A DNA stretch of 64,000 nt from Raillietiella orientalis. Its lineage: Eukaryota. The position numbers and the translations under genes were made by a program. This document shows positions 51,731 to 62,959 of the stretch, piece after piece; the first letter of the stretch is position 1, and each line of letters opens with the position of its first letter. The notes beneath the pieces were generated by a model, which saw nothing but the letters and a program-made list of their open reading frames with translations, made no database searches and was not told the origin of the DNA. The stretch spans positions 1,178,001-1,242,000 of the forward strand of contig JAYWIR010000004.1 of the NCBI GenBank assembly GCA_036172245.1, written 5' to 3'.

Positions 51731-54077
51731 ATGAACGAGTACGGGAGCAACACGTTGCTGCTAACGAACCTTCCTGATTGCATTACAGAAAGAAAGATCA
51801 AAGATGTTTTTCAGGAAATCGTGCCAGTGCTTCGATGCTATCTAACTCCGAAGTATGGTATGTATGGGACTGTTTGCGTGAAAGGCATGCATCGAGTTGG
51901 GAAGTGGGGATTTGTGTCCGAACGTAAGCGTGCATTCGGTATGTGTTTGCGAATGGTGTTGGCGTTCGGCATTGCGCTTTTCTGTTTCGTTTTTGCCACA
52001 GCTAAGTTTGATTTTCCTTCTTTCCTTTTGTTAGAGGGGAGAAAGTTGCGGGTGGCCTACGTAGCATTCCGCTGCAACGAAGATGCGCTGAAAGCCAAGC
52101 AGAATTGCAGTAATCTGCTAATTGATGGGAGAAAGATCATTGCAAAATTTGCTAGAAGACATGGGAAGGAATGCTCCCCGAAGAAGAATTTGAAGATCAG
52201 AGTTCACCCCCCAGCACAGCCACGTAAACCGTTGTTGAAAGCCAAAGTTTGGAATAAGAAAGCGAGGCTGATATTGAGAAATATTTCTTTTAAGGTAGGT
52301 TTTCTTGAAGGTAATTTGCAATCAACGAGTTTGTCAGTGTACAAAGGAAGATGTGCAAAACTTGCTTGCTCCCTTTGGCAAGGTGTTGGAAGTGAATTTG
52401 CTCCACCGGGATGATGGTAGCATGGTAGGCTGTGGCTTTGTGCAAATGTGCAAAGTACCAGAAGCTAGCAGAGCTCTGAAAGCTTTGCATGGTACTGTTT
52501 TCAAAGGCCGTCTGCTGGCTGTGGACTGGGCTGTCCCCCAATCCAGTTTCTTATCGTCAACACAGACGAGTGCAGATGAAACTCTGAAAGTAGACTTGCC
52601 ACAGGCATCAAAGCCAAGTAGTGGAAGGTTGATCTCAAGCAGCGAGGAGCACTCTGAGGCTGAAACTAGTAGCACTCTGAAAGAATGTGCTGAAGATGAA
52701 TCCGATGATTCTGATGATAAAGAGGACACCGGTGGGACACTGCAACCAATGCAGACAAAACCGTGAGTTGCGTTTTTCGTGGTTTTGAATTTCTTATGAA
52801 AGGTGCATATTTAAGTTTAGGAAGTCTGAAGATGTACACAAAGGCTGCACCGTCTTTGTTCGTAATGTACATCCCGATACGAGTGCAGAGCAGTTGTGTG
52901 GTTTGATGGTTCAGTTTGGTGCTGTGAAGTATGCTCTACCAGTTATTGATTCGGTGACGGAACATCCTCGAGGCACTGCCTTTGTTCAGTTCCTGGTGAG
53001 GTTGCCCGACCATGTTTCCTTTGAAGGTGGTCTACATCAGGGTGTCCTGGATGTTTTAGAACAAAGAAGATGCCGAAGTCTGCTTGATGGCAACTGAGGA
53101 TGAACTGATGCTAAATGGCAACGTTCTGGAAGTGTTGCCAGCACTAAGCAGGGAGGAAGTCCAGAGGAAGTTGACGAATTCCTCGAAACCGAAGATTGGC
53201 AAAGACAAGCGCAACCTGTACCTGGTGCGAGAAGGCTGTACGTATCGCTATGTCGGTTGGGTGTGGAAATCTGCTTTTGGCTGCTTCAGTGGTTCGTGCG
53301 AATACGCAAGCTGCGAAAGGAGTATCCGCTCATGATCTCCAGTTGCGTGCTCATCTGGAAATTTGGAAACGCCAGAAATTGCGAAACCTGCACATTTTTA
53401 TTTCCGATTGCAGACTGTGCATTCATAATTTGCCAGCGACGATGACGGACCGCGAACTGAAAGCGTTGTTTTTGCAAAGTGCCCCTTCCGGAGCGAGGAT
53501 CACGGAAGCTCGTGTCATGAGGAGTGGGAGCGGCCCAAGTGGACCGTGTTTGGGTGCATCTCGCGGATACGGCTTCGTTGCATTTGCCCAACACGAGCAT
53601 GCACTGTGCGCCCTTCGCTCTCTGAATAACAACCCGAGCGTGTTCAGTGAGGCTCGGGTAAGCAGCCGTGTGACCGCCGTTTCGTTTGACTTAGCGCTCG
53701 AACCTCAGAGACCGATCGTGGAGTTTTCCCTGGAGAACCGTAGCAAATTACTCGCCCGTCAGCGACGGCTGGAGAAGAGCAGATTGGCGCAGAAGCTGGT
53801 TGGACCGAAGGATGCCAAAATGCCAGAGAAAAGAGGCGGTCCTGCGTCAGGGCAGTTTCGAAAGTTGAAAAGATTCCAGTCGAAGGCCGGGAAGAGTTCG
53901 CTTCCGAGGAAAGCGGACCTAGCAACCGGATCGCATACCGGTTACTTGACCACTGCTGGAGGTCCGAAAACTCTTCCGTCGCACGTAGGTCCGAAAATCC
54001 GTCACCACGCTCGGAAGTCATCGCAGACGAGCCAAGCGAAAAGAAAGCATTCGTTTCGGAAAGGCAATAAAAGATGA
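51731..54077 (+). CDS. RBM28: RNA-binding protein 28 (Nop4 family, 4 RRMs). Exons 51731-51857, 52035-52294, 52338-52762, 52821-52995, 53060-53237, 53290-53657, 53709-54077
   Basis: KKARLILRNISFK, GCGFVQM..GRLLAVDWAVP, TVFVRNV..TEHPRGTAFVQF, DKRNLYLVREG, KLRNLHIFISDCRLCIHNLP, SRGYGFVAFAQHEHALCALRSLNNNP, RPIVEFSLENR, GPKIRH. GT-AG introns. Confidence 0.95.
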
Positions 54078-56592
54078 TGGCATCCGTGTGTTTTTGCGGG
54101 AACGCGGTTCCCGGGTGCGACGGGGGTTATCACCCGGGTACGCCCGGGGCGTTTATTTATAAACTCTACATGCGTGGTACGAGGCCCCACCACGGCCGTA
54201 AACACAGGACCTGTCGGGACACCGGGACGCAGCCCGGGGGTGCGAGCGGGCGTTGCAGTGCTTCCGTTTTGATGCTTGCAGCTGCCGTGCGCGTGGAAAG
54301 TCTCGGGAAGTGGACGAAGGGCACAGTTTCATCACGGATGGGGCATCTTTTTCCCTTTGCGGCGTATTTGTTAAGGTTGCGGATGCTTTGGCTTGAAATC
54401 GCACGGTTCTTGATGCTTGCAGCAGAGGCTGCTTTGCTTTCGTCGACTGTCTTCGACCTATTGCGAAGTTTTTTCACGTTTCGTTCGTGTAAGAGGAGAT
54501 ATCCGAAGGCTGATTTTCCTGTAAAGTCGCGAGATTGGCCATCCATCCAAGAAATGTGGACCGTTTCTTTGCATGCGTGCGTATCTTGGACGAAGACGCC
54601 AGGGATAAATAAATGAATGGACGACTTGAAAGTTGGGTTCCGTGTGCTGCGTCGCGAAGGCGCGGGATTGTGTGTTCCCACCGTTGCTTGGTTTCTCCTT
54701 TGGACTTTTGGAAGTACCACTTGCTTAGAATAATAATTAACGAGTTACACTATTAGAAAGTCACGATGGAATGAGGCTTCGCCAGAGTGGATCCTTCATG
54801 AGGAGTGCTTCCTTCATCCTCCGCGACGCATACAAATCACTTGAAAGGTTTCCGTCTCTAAATAGCCTCCAAATCGAACGGTGTGTCTAAGGAAACCGAG
54901 ATCCCTTGCCTACCTTGAGCACCGCAGCATCTCTTCGTGGTATGGAGTTGGAGCTTATCGTCAACGTGACTTCTCCGCGTGGTTACTGCTAACATGGAAG
55001 TCCAAGCCAATTCTTTGGAAAACGAATCCTGGAATCGGGAGCGGTTTTTGAAAGACTTTGTTCACGGTCGCCGACTTCCCATTAAATGGCGCTGACACCT
55101 GGTGTGAAAGACTGGTATCCCTCGCAAATGGCATTCTCATCTAGGTTTTACCATGAATTCCATACTTGATTGAGAATACTGGAAGTTCTCCTCCATTCTT
55201 CGGGATATGGAGAAAAGTTTGGAAGCAATGTCTCTGAATAGGAAGAATGTGCGACGTGCCGTCGCTAGATGAAATGGTCGAGAAGTTACTTTCAGGATGA
55301 GGAACATTTTGAACATGGAAGGCGAAGACGGCGCTTCCTCCAATGCTTCTGCCAACTCGGCGTTCCAACCACCACCACGTAAGAAAACGTTGCAGCAGAA
55401 GGCAAAAAGCAAAAGCGCTTACGGACTGTGCAACTGTTGAGGTTGATGGCCAGTGGTTGCATGTCTGCTGGCCATGATGCTTGCGAAGATTTGGAGATTT
55501 TGCGTGGCTGTTTGTGGAATGGATAACTTTCACGGAGATCGTGTGATTCGAATTCCACTGTGCGTCACAAAACACAAATTTGCGGATGTGTCATGAATTG
55601 CCAGGAGACGGCATGCATCATCGATAGGTAGCCAACTTTGGGCGAGAGTACTGTACACTTCTTGGTGATGAAATATCTGCTACCCGATGAGTACATTTGC
55701 ATCGTGCACATTTGCGACGTGTGTCCGAAATGAAAGCGTTCCTCCAAGAAACCATTCTCCAGTAGCAAAGTGAAATCAGGGTTAGCAAATTCCCGTGCTA
55801 TTACAAACAGTATAGAACTTGAGTTTATCGGTTGATTAGGAATACGAGCACTTGGTGTGCCGGCATCCTAAAGCAGGGTAACCACACTATCAAGGATTTC
55901 AGTTCTTTGCAATGCACAGCGTTCTGATAGACATCGAGATTTTCCTCTTGTAAAGGAAGATGGGCAAGTTCATGAGCTTGTTTTGTTTCATTGCCTTTCC
56001 AGCGGAAGAGAGCCATTTCTGATGGAACATTCGTTTTCATGCCGTTCGGTCGTGATTTTTGCTGTTGGACGAGCGTGATGCTGGGACTGGATGTTGTCTC
56101 TTTTGGGGGTTGAGCTAATCGTCGGTTTGTTTGTAGGCTGAATGTAATAACAAGTCACACGGGAAGCCATGCAAGGAATCGGATAATTGTTCGTCAATTT
56201 CAAATGTGTGATGTTCCATGCTTACTGCTGCATATGCGAAATTACGATTACGTGGTTGGGGTTCGCATGCATCGCGTGCACTTGGTTGTACGGGTGGGGT
56301 TATACAACACGGTTGCGTTTGCAAGCTCACCGAGAATGTGCCTCTGCGCGCGTGGTTTTGTTCGTACACTGTACAGCATTATTTCGTGAATAATTACAAC
56401 AGTGCTAGTTATCAGGGACAAAGGAAGACCAAAAGTTGCATTTTTTCGTATTCATCTTTTTGCATGTGCAAGCTGGGAGACTTGTTTTGCAAATGCTGCG
56501 TGAAACTATGAATTGACTTGCAATTCCAGATCATCATGTTTCTTAATCTTTGCGTGCTGAAAGGTTGATTTTCAAATCCAAATCGGCATCTA

Positions 56593-57652
56593 ATGGGAGA
56601 TCTATCGGTGCCTGCCAACGTGAGCATCCCTTTGGCGGATGAAGATGTGCAAGGTAATGATTAGTTGCTGATTGTCTAGAAGAGTTTTCTCGATGAGAAG
56701 TGAGTTCCTCCTGGATGCATTCGTGATTTCGGATTCACGTTGACTAATGAGATGCAGCAGTGGGTTTTTTGACCAGACCTCCTATAGTATGTGCTTGCAT
56801 GCTGTACTTCTGATGGAATTTTCCTTTCCTTAACAACAGTTTCTACCACTTTCCACGCAAACCTAGTTTGCTTTTGGAACCATTGCATTAGAACTTAGCA
56901 TTTGTCATCTTAGTATTCCATGAAGCATCAGAAATTTCCAAGCTGTCTCCAGTCGGATGTTTTTTTCCTTTTTTTTTCTTTTCAATTTCTTTTTCCCTTA
57001 TCTGTTAAATCAAATTTGTTGTTACTAGCTGAAATCCATTCAAGGGGAAACAATTTCTGTCGACTCTCTAGAGACAGGAACTTGTGCTTTGACAGTGTCA
57101 ATTTTCTAGAAGACACTGAAAGTGAGCTCATATCCCTCAGTGTGCATCCAGGCGATGGAATGAGCATGGAATCTTTGTCTAGCTCATCCCTGACTGAAAA
57201 CAGCAGCACGTGTCAGTGTGAGTACAATACAGTGCATCTACCTATAATGTGCTTGTTTTTTCTCTTGAAATGAAGTGCCAGTGCATGCTGTATGTTAAAA
57301 CAGAGCTATCCAGAATTTTGCAGAAATCTGGCCTCATCAAAGAATAACCACGTAGATTTGTTGTTTCCTTGTTAGATGCAGATCAAGACATCAGTGCTGA
57401 TGAACATGAAGAAAAGGTGCGCTTCATTTCGCAAGTACTGGAGTTACAGAAAACTTTGGATGGTCTTGTTCAAAAGTATCCATTTCTATCCTGTAAAACT
57501 GTTCTTTTGCAGATTTATCTCAGAGAGTAGATAATGTAAGGGAAGAAAATCTGAAACTCAAGTCAGAGAATCAAATACTTGGACAGTACATTGCCAACTT
57601 GATGTCTGCTTCCTCTGTCTTTCAGTCCACTTCAGTCCATACCAAAAAGTAA
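56593..57652 (+). CDS. SCOC: Short coiled-coil protein (SCOC/UNC-69). Exons 56593-56653, 57029-57217, 57376-57462, 57513-57652
   Basis: [14 protein letters not shown] and [58 protein letters not shown], the conserved SCOC coiled coil. Exon 2 boundaries are less certain. Confidence 0.93.
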
Positions 57653-58594
57653 AAGAGATTTCCGTAATGAATTGCTAACTCATTTCTGTTCACTTATTAG
57701 ACTCTCTTTGAAGCGTTAAGATGCAATTGTATCTCCAAGTTGCTGTCAGTTATGAAGCTAAGCAATGAAGATGAAGTTTCAGCTGTGCAAAATATCCTAC
57801 ATCAAAGATTGTTTTCATTTGAATAAACTGTTGCAGGAAGCTCAGCATTTTGTTGCGATGGCTAGATGTTGTTCCTTTAAGCATTCCTTTTGGTGTTGTA
57901 ATTCTTGCATTATTGTCCTTGAAAATTTTTGAAAGCGAAGGTATTGGGAACAGACAATTGTCTGGTAGTAGCATAATTCAAACTGGGCATTACATTGCCA
58001 TAATTTAAGTTGCCACACAACAACATCGGTACACGAGCATGCGAATAAGAGTTGGTCCTATTTGGTTATTCTTGTTCTTAGGGACCATAAGAGAATATGT
58101 GGGCTAATCAACAGTGCTTCTACAGGTTGCTGAAGTCTTTTATTGCAGGGAACAATGTGATCACACAACAAACAGTTACAAATGAAGATGGTCTCCCTCA
58201 AGTCAAACTACGTTTTTCGATTCCTGCTTCTGCTTTTTGAACATTAATACCCAACTCGACCTCGAAATCGCTGACGGTTATCAAGCTGAAAAAGAAGTTC
58301 CACATCGCGGAATCTTCTCATCTACCAAGGACCGCTTGCATAGATAGAAAGTATTATATAGGGCATAGCATTCTTTGGGAACCGAAGGATGGCGCTCCTT
58401 TAAGCATTGCTTTGGTGTTTTCTTTACCTGGTGACAAAATTATTCATCAAAGCCATGAAAACTCTGGGAAATGCTCGACCTCCTCAAACAAAGTTCCTGC
58501 TTCCAAGTCTTCTCAACTTACGTTAAGATGCAAAAAAAAATTGGTAAAAATTGGGGTTTCTCCATCTTACCACTTGGGCGCAGTCCGTCTTTAG

Positions 58595-58606
58595 CAGACA
58601 CCTTTT
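58595..58606 (+). repeat. Target-site duplication copy (CAGACACCTTTT); second copy at 59713-59724
   Basis: An identical 12-mer flanks both ends of the element. Its four T's merge with the element's poly(A) tail on this side. Confidence 0.85.
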
Positions 58607-58771
58607 TTTTTTTTTTTTTTTTAAAGGCCAGTAGCGACCCCACGAGGAGATCGTTACTATTGGCCTAGGACGATGGTAATCCTTGGGTTCTTCTTTTTCT
58701 TCTGTCTTCGCTGTTTTCCTTCCAGCTTTTTTTTTTAAGAGTTTTCTTTTTTTTGGTTCGCTAAGTACCTC

Positions 58772-59510
58772 AGAGCCGGTCGCGTGCCTCGCGGCGCGCG
58801 TGGCTCTTTTTAAACATTAACACACTGTTTTGTTTCCACGCCTGTCCGCGGCAACCCGCAGGGGGGGGCGTGTAATTCTTCAGTGTAATATTCTTCAGGA
58901 TAGGGGGCACCCCGGGATGGGGTCCGCCCTATTGAATCCAGGAAGGGCTCGGAGTCCGTTCCTCTCACGCTTGGGGAGGGATCCCCCCGGACGGGGGGGA
59001 TCTCACCTCCCACCCTGGTTGTCTCCGAAGGGGAACCCCGAAGGGAATCTCTCCTTCCTCATTCTCTCCGGAGGGACACCCCCCCTTGCGGGGTGGTGGT
59101 CCTCTCCATTTCAACTTCTCCGAAGGGAACCCGGAAAGGATCCGCCTCTAGGAATTTCTTCTCCGGAGGGAACCCGCAAGGGAACCGCTCCTTTATTCAC
59201 TCCTCTGAAGACAACCCCCACAGGGGTGCTTCCGAAACTCAGAAGGGGCGCTGCAGCTTCCCGCAGGGAATCGCTCTCGCTTAGCTTCTTTCCTTTGTAC
59301 ACACTCTGTGAAGAGGCAACGACTCGGAGGGTCCCCCCAACAGGGGGAGGGTCCTTTCCTTTGAACGACTGGAGAGGTGCCCGTGAGGGCTCCTGCTCCA
59401 TCTTGAAACCGGAGGCGGTCCCCCCGGTGACGGGGGTCCACTCTCCTTTGCACACAGGAGGGGGAACTCCCCACTCCTTTATTCCTGGGAGGACCCGAAG
59501 GTCGACTCCC
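58772..59510 (-). repeat. Array of ~16 short GC-rich hairpins, many with a shared basal stem and 5' bulge
   Basis: Examples: GGGAG-TC-GACC-TTCG-GGTC-CTCCC (59510-59487), TGGAG-C-AGGAGCCC-TCAC-GGGCACCT-CTCCA (59400-59370), GGAG-C-GGTTCCC-TTGC-GGGTTCC-CTCC (59191-59165), ATAGGG-C-GGACCCC-ATCCC-GGGGTGCC-CCCTAT (58932-58900). Confidence 0.85.
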
Positions 59511-59646
59511 ATTGTTCCGGCCTTCATCGGGAGGCCGCCGGCTTTATCCACCGCCGGGGCCACGCCCGAATGTCTCGGCCAACCAGCGCCGTTGCAGGAG
59601 AAACTCGGAACCCAAACGACGCAATGGCGTCAAGTTATCTGCCGAA

Positions 59647-59701
59647 GTATTCGAACCCGCGACGCATGGTGCCACGCGCGGAAGCCTTAACCACAAAGCC
59701 T
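59647..59701 (-). promoter_or_regulatory. RNA polymerase III type-2 internal promoter (A-box and B-box)
   Basis: A-box-like AGGCTTTGTGG(TTAAGGC) at 59701-59691 and B-box GGTTCGAATAC at 59657-59647, with tRNA-like spacing. Confidence 0.75.
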
Positions 59702-60249
59702 CCGACGCGGGCCAGACACCTTTTGGTGTCGTATCGTAACCCATCACAAGCCCTTGTTTTAGGGTGCTGAAAGTCTTCATATGACTGGGGCATGCCCACG
59801 CCGAATTGTACAACTATGTACTGAAAATGCTCGTTTGGATATTCTTCTGAACGTTTAAATGCTGGCTCCCGACTGAATTACCGCGGCAGCCCAAGTTCAT
59901 TCTTCATGCCTGCAGGCACATACTGTTCAGACAATGCAAACGTATACGGAAAACCTACAAATTCGAGCTTTCCTGATTTGTCCATATTCTGCACTTTGGA
60001 TCACACTTTCCACAGGGAAGTTTTTCTCCCGTCTTCGGTTACGATTGCAGTACAAGAGAAGAAACGGTTTCCTTCTGGTGCGTTACTCAGGAAAAGACTG
60101 CAGGAAGTTTTCGAGCAGTTGTATCTACCATTCTGAAACTCAAGTGGCTACAGATAAAATGGAGTCTGCGTAGGAATTAATTGTAGAAGAATCCACCTAC
60201 ACCAATGTTGAATAGCTCAGTTTTTTTGGCTGTTTTGGCAATGATTGCT

Positions 60250-61960
60250 GCTTCCATGTAACCATGGGAAACATCATCCAAAGCTCTACAAGGGTGCCAG
60301 CGCTAAAAGTATGCAAAGAGATTTTGACAGCTCTGCCAAGCTCGTATCTGGGCACGCTAGGCGTGTCGGCCTATGCAGACAATCTTCTGCTGCTGCTTCC
60401 CGGGTCCACCCGAGCTTCTGCTCTCGAGTTCTTCGAGCTGCTCAGCCGCGGGACAGACCTGGAGGAGAACAGGGCGAAGTCGTCGATGATGACAATTGGA
60501 TGAACGTGAGCTGGACGGCCTGACTGGATCCGCTTGAGGATCCCCACGGGCAGTACTTTAAGTAACTTGGCGTTCCGTTGGGGGACTTCCGCGTAGCAAT
60601 AGCCTGGTCCGATCATCTCCAAAAGGTGGAGTTGGCGATCGGCCCGTTTCGGGACGACAAGTTTTACTTGCTGGAACGGGCCGCGGTGTGGAACGCTTTC
60701 GTGGCCCTCCTGCTTCGCCCCCTACTTTTTTTTCGCCGCGCCCCACTCCAAATCAAGAAGAGGACAAAGGTCCTCCTGAGAAAAGCCCTGTAGGGCACAC
60801 AGATGTCCCACGTCCGTCTTAAAGACTTGTGCTCTCCACGCAGGGACGGTAGACTAGGCCTCCTGACGTTGGAGCACATGCAGAGACAGCTCCAAATTGG
60901 CAAACTCGACCTTGTGTCGACATACTGGGCAGCGCCATGGTGCGCCCCTACACGCCTCCTCGCCAGTAGGGCAACCAGCTGCAACGGATTGACCTCGATC
61001 CTTGTGGCTAACGACCACAGTCTGAACCATTGTTGTTTTCAGCTGCGTGACTTGGTTGCCCTGGTGAGAGAAAATAAGTGGATCTCCTGTCTCCTCTCGA
61101 ACTGGACAACCTGGCTTCAGGAGTCAGTTTCCGCGCGGACTAAGATCAACGGCTCAAACGATGTGGACTTCTCCTGCCTCCGTAGAGGCAGGTACTATGG
61201 ACACCCCCTGCAGAAGATCGTTTCCAACCAACAGAAACTTCCGTGGGCTTCATTTACTCTCCTTGCCCCAGTGCTGCCCGAGCTAGAGAACCCTAGGGAC
61301 AGCCAGGAATAGGCATCGTGGGAAGTGTACTGCATCATAGGAGGCAGGAAAAAACTCTTGAATGCGTGGACTACTCGGGGGTCAGCGGACGCTACAACCC
61401 CGAGTTCCCGCCTAAAGGACTTGTGCGCTGGGGCGAGCTGCTCGGCATACCCCCAGAGGAAGTGAAGTGGCCCCCAGCGCGTTGCGACAATGGTTGCTCC
61501 TCCTTGGATTGGCAGAAGACGGAGTTGCTAGAGTTACATTGGGGACTCCTTTGCAGAGCATACCTCTCCCACTGAACATTAGGGAGTGCGGATGCCAATT
61601 GTGCAGGCTGCGGTGAAAGGGAAACCTTCCCGCACCTGATCATCGATCCCGCACCCGAAAAACATTTTCCGTCAATTCCTGATGCGGGACGCTTTGCCAG
61701 CAGCTGCGTGTGTAGCAGTTCTCTGCAGCATACGCGGAATCCTGGACAAATGGTATGCGTCGATGAGAGGCTGAAGTAGCCGGAATGCCATTCGCTGGCA
61801 GCCATCTTAATGGAGAAGGCTTCACTATGGCTCCAGCTACGCACACTACGACCGGCACTTGTCCGCATCCAAACTCGGATGCAGAGGACCCCTCGCGGAG
61901 AACTGATTCCTTGCCTGCACTCCCCTCCCTGGGAGACATTGCCCTCCCCTTTATTTTTTT
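60250..61960 (+). mobile_element. 5'-truncated, decayed L1/Tx1-type LINE ORF2 (RT C-terminal half + Zn knuckle)
   Basis: VSAYADNLLLL (YADD motif), FK*LGV (FKYLG, ~60558), LCSPRRDGRLGL (P...GGLG), LHWGLLCRA, and CAGCGERETFPHLIID (C..C....ET..H, ~61600-61650). Multiple stops. Confidence 0.8.
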
Positions 61961-62959
61961 TATTTTTTTCTTTGTGGTGTTTCCTCCCCCTTCGCCAGCG
62001 AAGAGGACCTCACCGCTCACGTACTTCCCTGAGAACAATCGGCATTCTTTGATTTCATGACCGATTCATGTACGCATGTTTTCGATTCCACATGTTCTGC
62101 TTAATGCGTCCTTTTCTTGTTTGTACGTTTTCAAACAACTCTCGAATCTTTGTTGTTTTACCTACTCCGTGATTGACGGGATTCAGTTGTAAGCTGTCGA
62201 GATGGCATCCAGGATTTGCTCCTGCTAGAAGATTTCATTCCGGGTTATCAAGCAGGAAAGCTCTTGATTTTTAACAGTCGACCAGCATCCTGGTTGAAAA
62301 TGGTGTAGTGGGTCAAATGATTGCATCAAATGATGTCTGATAGCGCCTGCTGAAAGCTCCGTCACTTGCTTCAAAGATTGCCTGCGGACCTTACGACTGT
62401 GGACTTTGGAGCGGAGGTTTCCGGCTTCAGGGGAACAGAGTGTCTGAAGCTCCTTCCGTTGCCGTAGCGCAGCTTCATCGGAGGCTCCGAGAGTTGACCA
62501 AGCAATTTATTCATGGAGGGTGAAAAGAGCCTGCTTGCTGCAAGTTATGCCTACCTATTTATCGAATATTTTCCTGCCATCCAGCGATCGACAGCGCCCT
62601 TCCCGAGCATCTTTGAGAAATCTTTGAGAAAACAAGTTTTTTCCTTATTCAAATATACTGTGGCGCTGAAACTTCATTTCGCAGGCGTTTATTATGTTTT
62701 TTTTCTTCTTTGTGCCACCACACATGGATGCATACCGCGGTTTGGAAGCACTCGGGTCGGAGAGTGAAAATGGAGATCCTATGATGAGCACCTAGCGGTT
62801 CTCAACGATGACAAGCAAAACATTCGGAATGGCTAATGGATGTCAGGCAAAAGCTCAAAAACAATTCTCCAAGAAGCGAACAAAAGAAATTTGTCCTAAT
62901 TTTCACAAGTTCCCAATTTATGAACATAAAAGAGGCCAAAATCCAGAGGTAGGGACCAT

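Larger units (their letters stand above)
58603..59712 (-). mobile_element. Full-length ~1.1-kb tRNA-headed non-autonomous retroposon (long SINE) with an internal hairpin array
   Basis: TSDs, tRNA-like head with A- and B-boxes, no TTTT on the transcribed strand, terminal stem-loop (58625-58666) and A20 tail (58603-58622). Confidence 0.88.

Noticed and set aside
54074..54720. Opposing 180-aa and 184-aa ORFs after RBM28
   Set aside because: No recognisable domain. Probably the RBM28 3' UTR, with AATAAA near 54608.
58772..59510. CRISPR array or iron-responsive elements
   Set aside because: There are no identical direct repeats with unique spacers, no cas genes, and the context is eukaryotic. 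The loops lack the IRE CAGUGN consensus.
58830..59690. 286-aa plus-strand ORF
   Set aside because: Pro/Gly-rich, has no domain, and is antisense to the GC-rich retroposon. It is best explained as a by-product of GC-rich hairpins.
59633..59712. Functional tRNA gene
   Set aside because: No canonical anticodon arm and no downstream T-run terminator. It continues into the hairpin array and is bounded by a TSD, so it is a SINE head.
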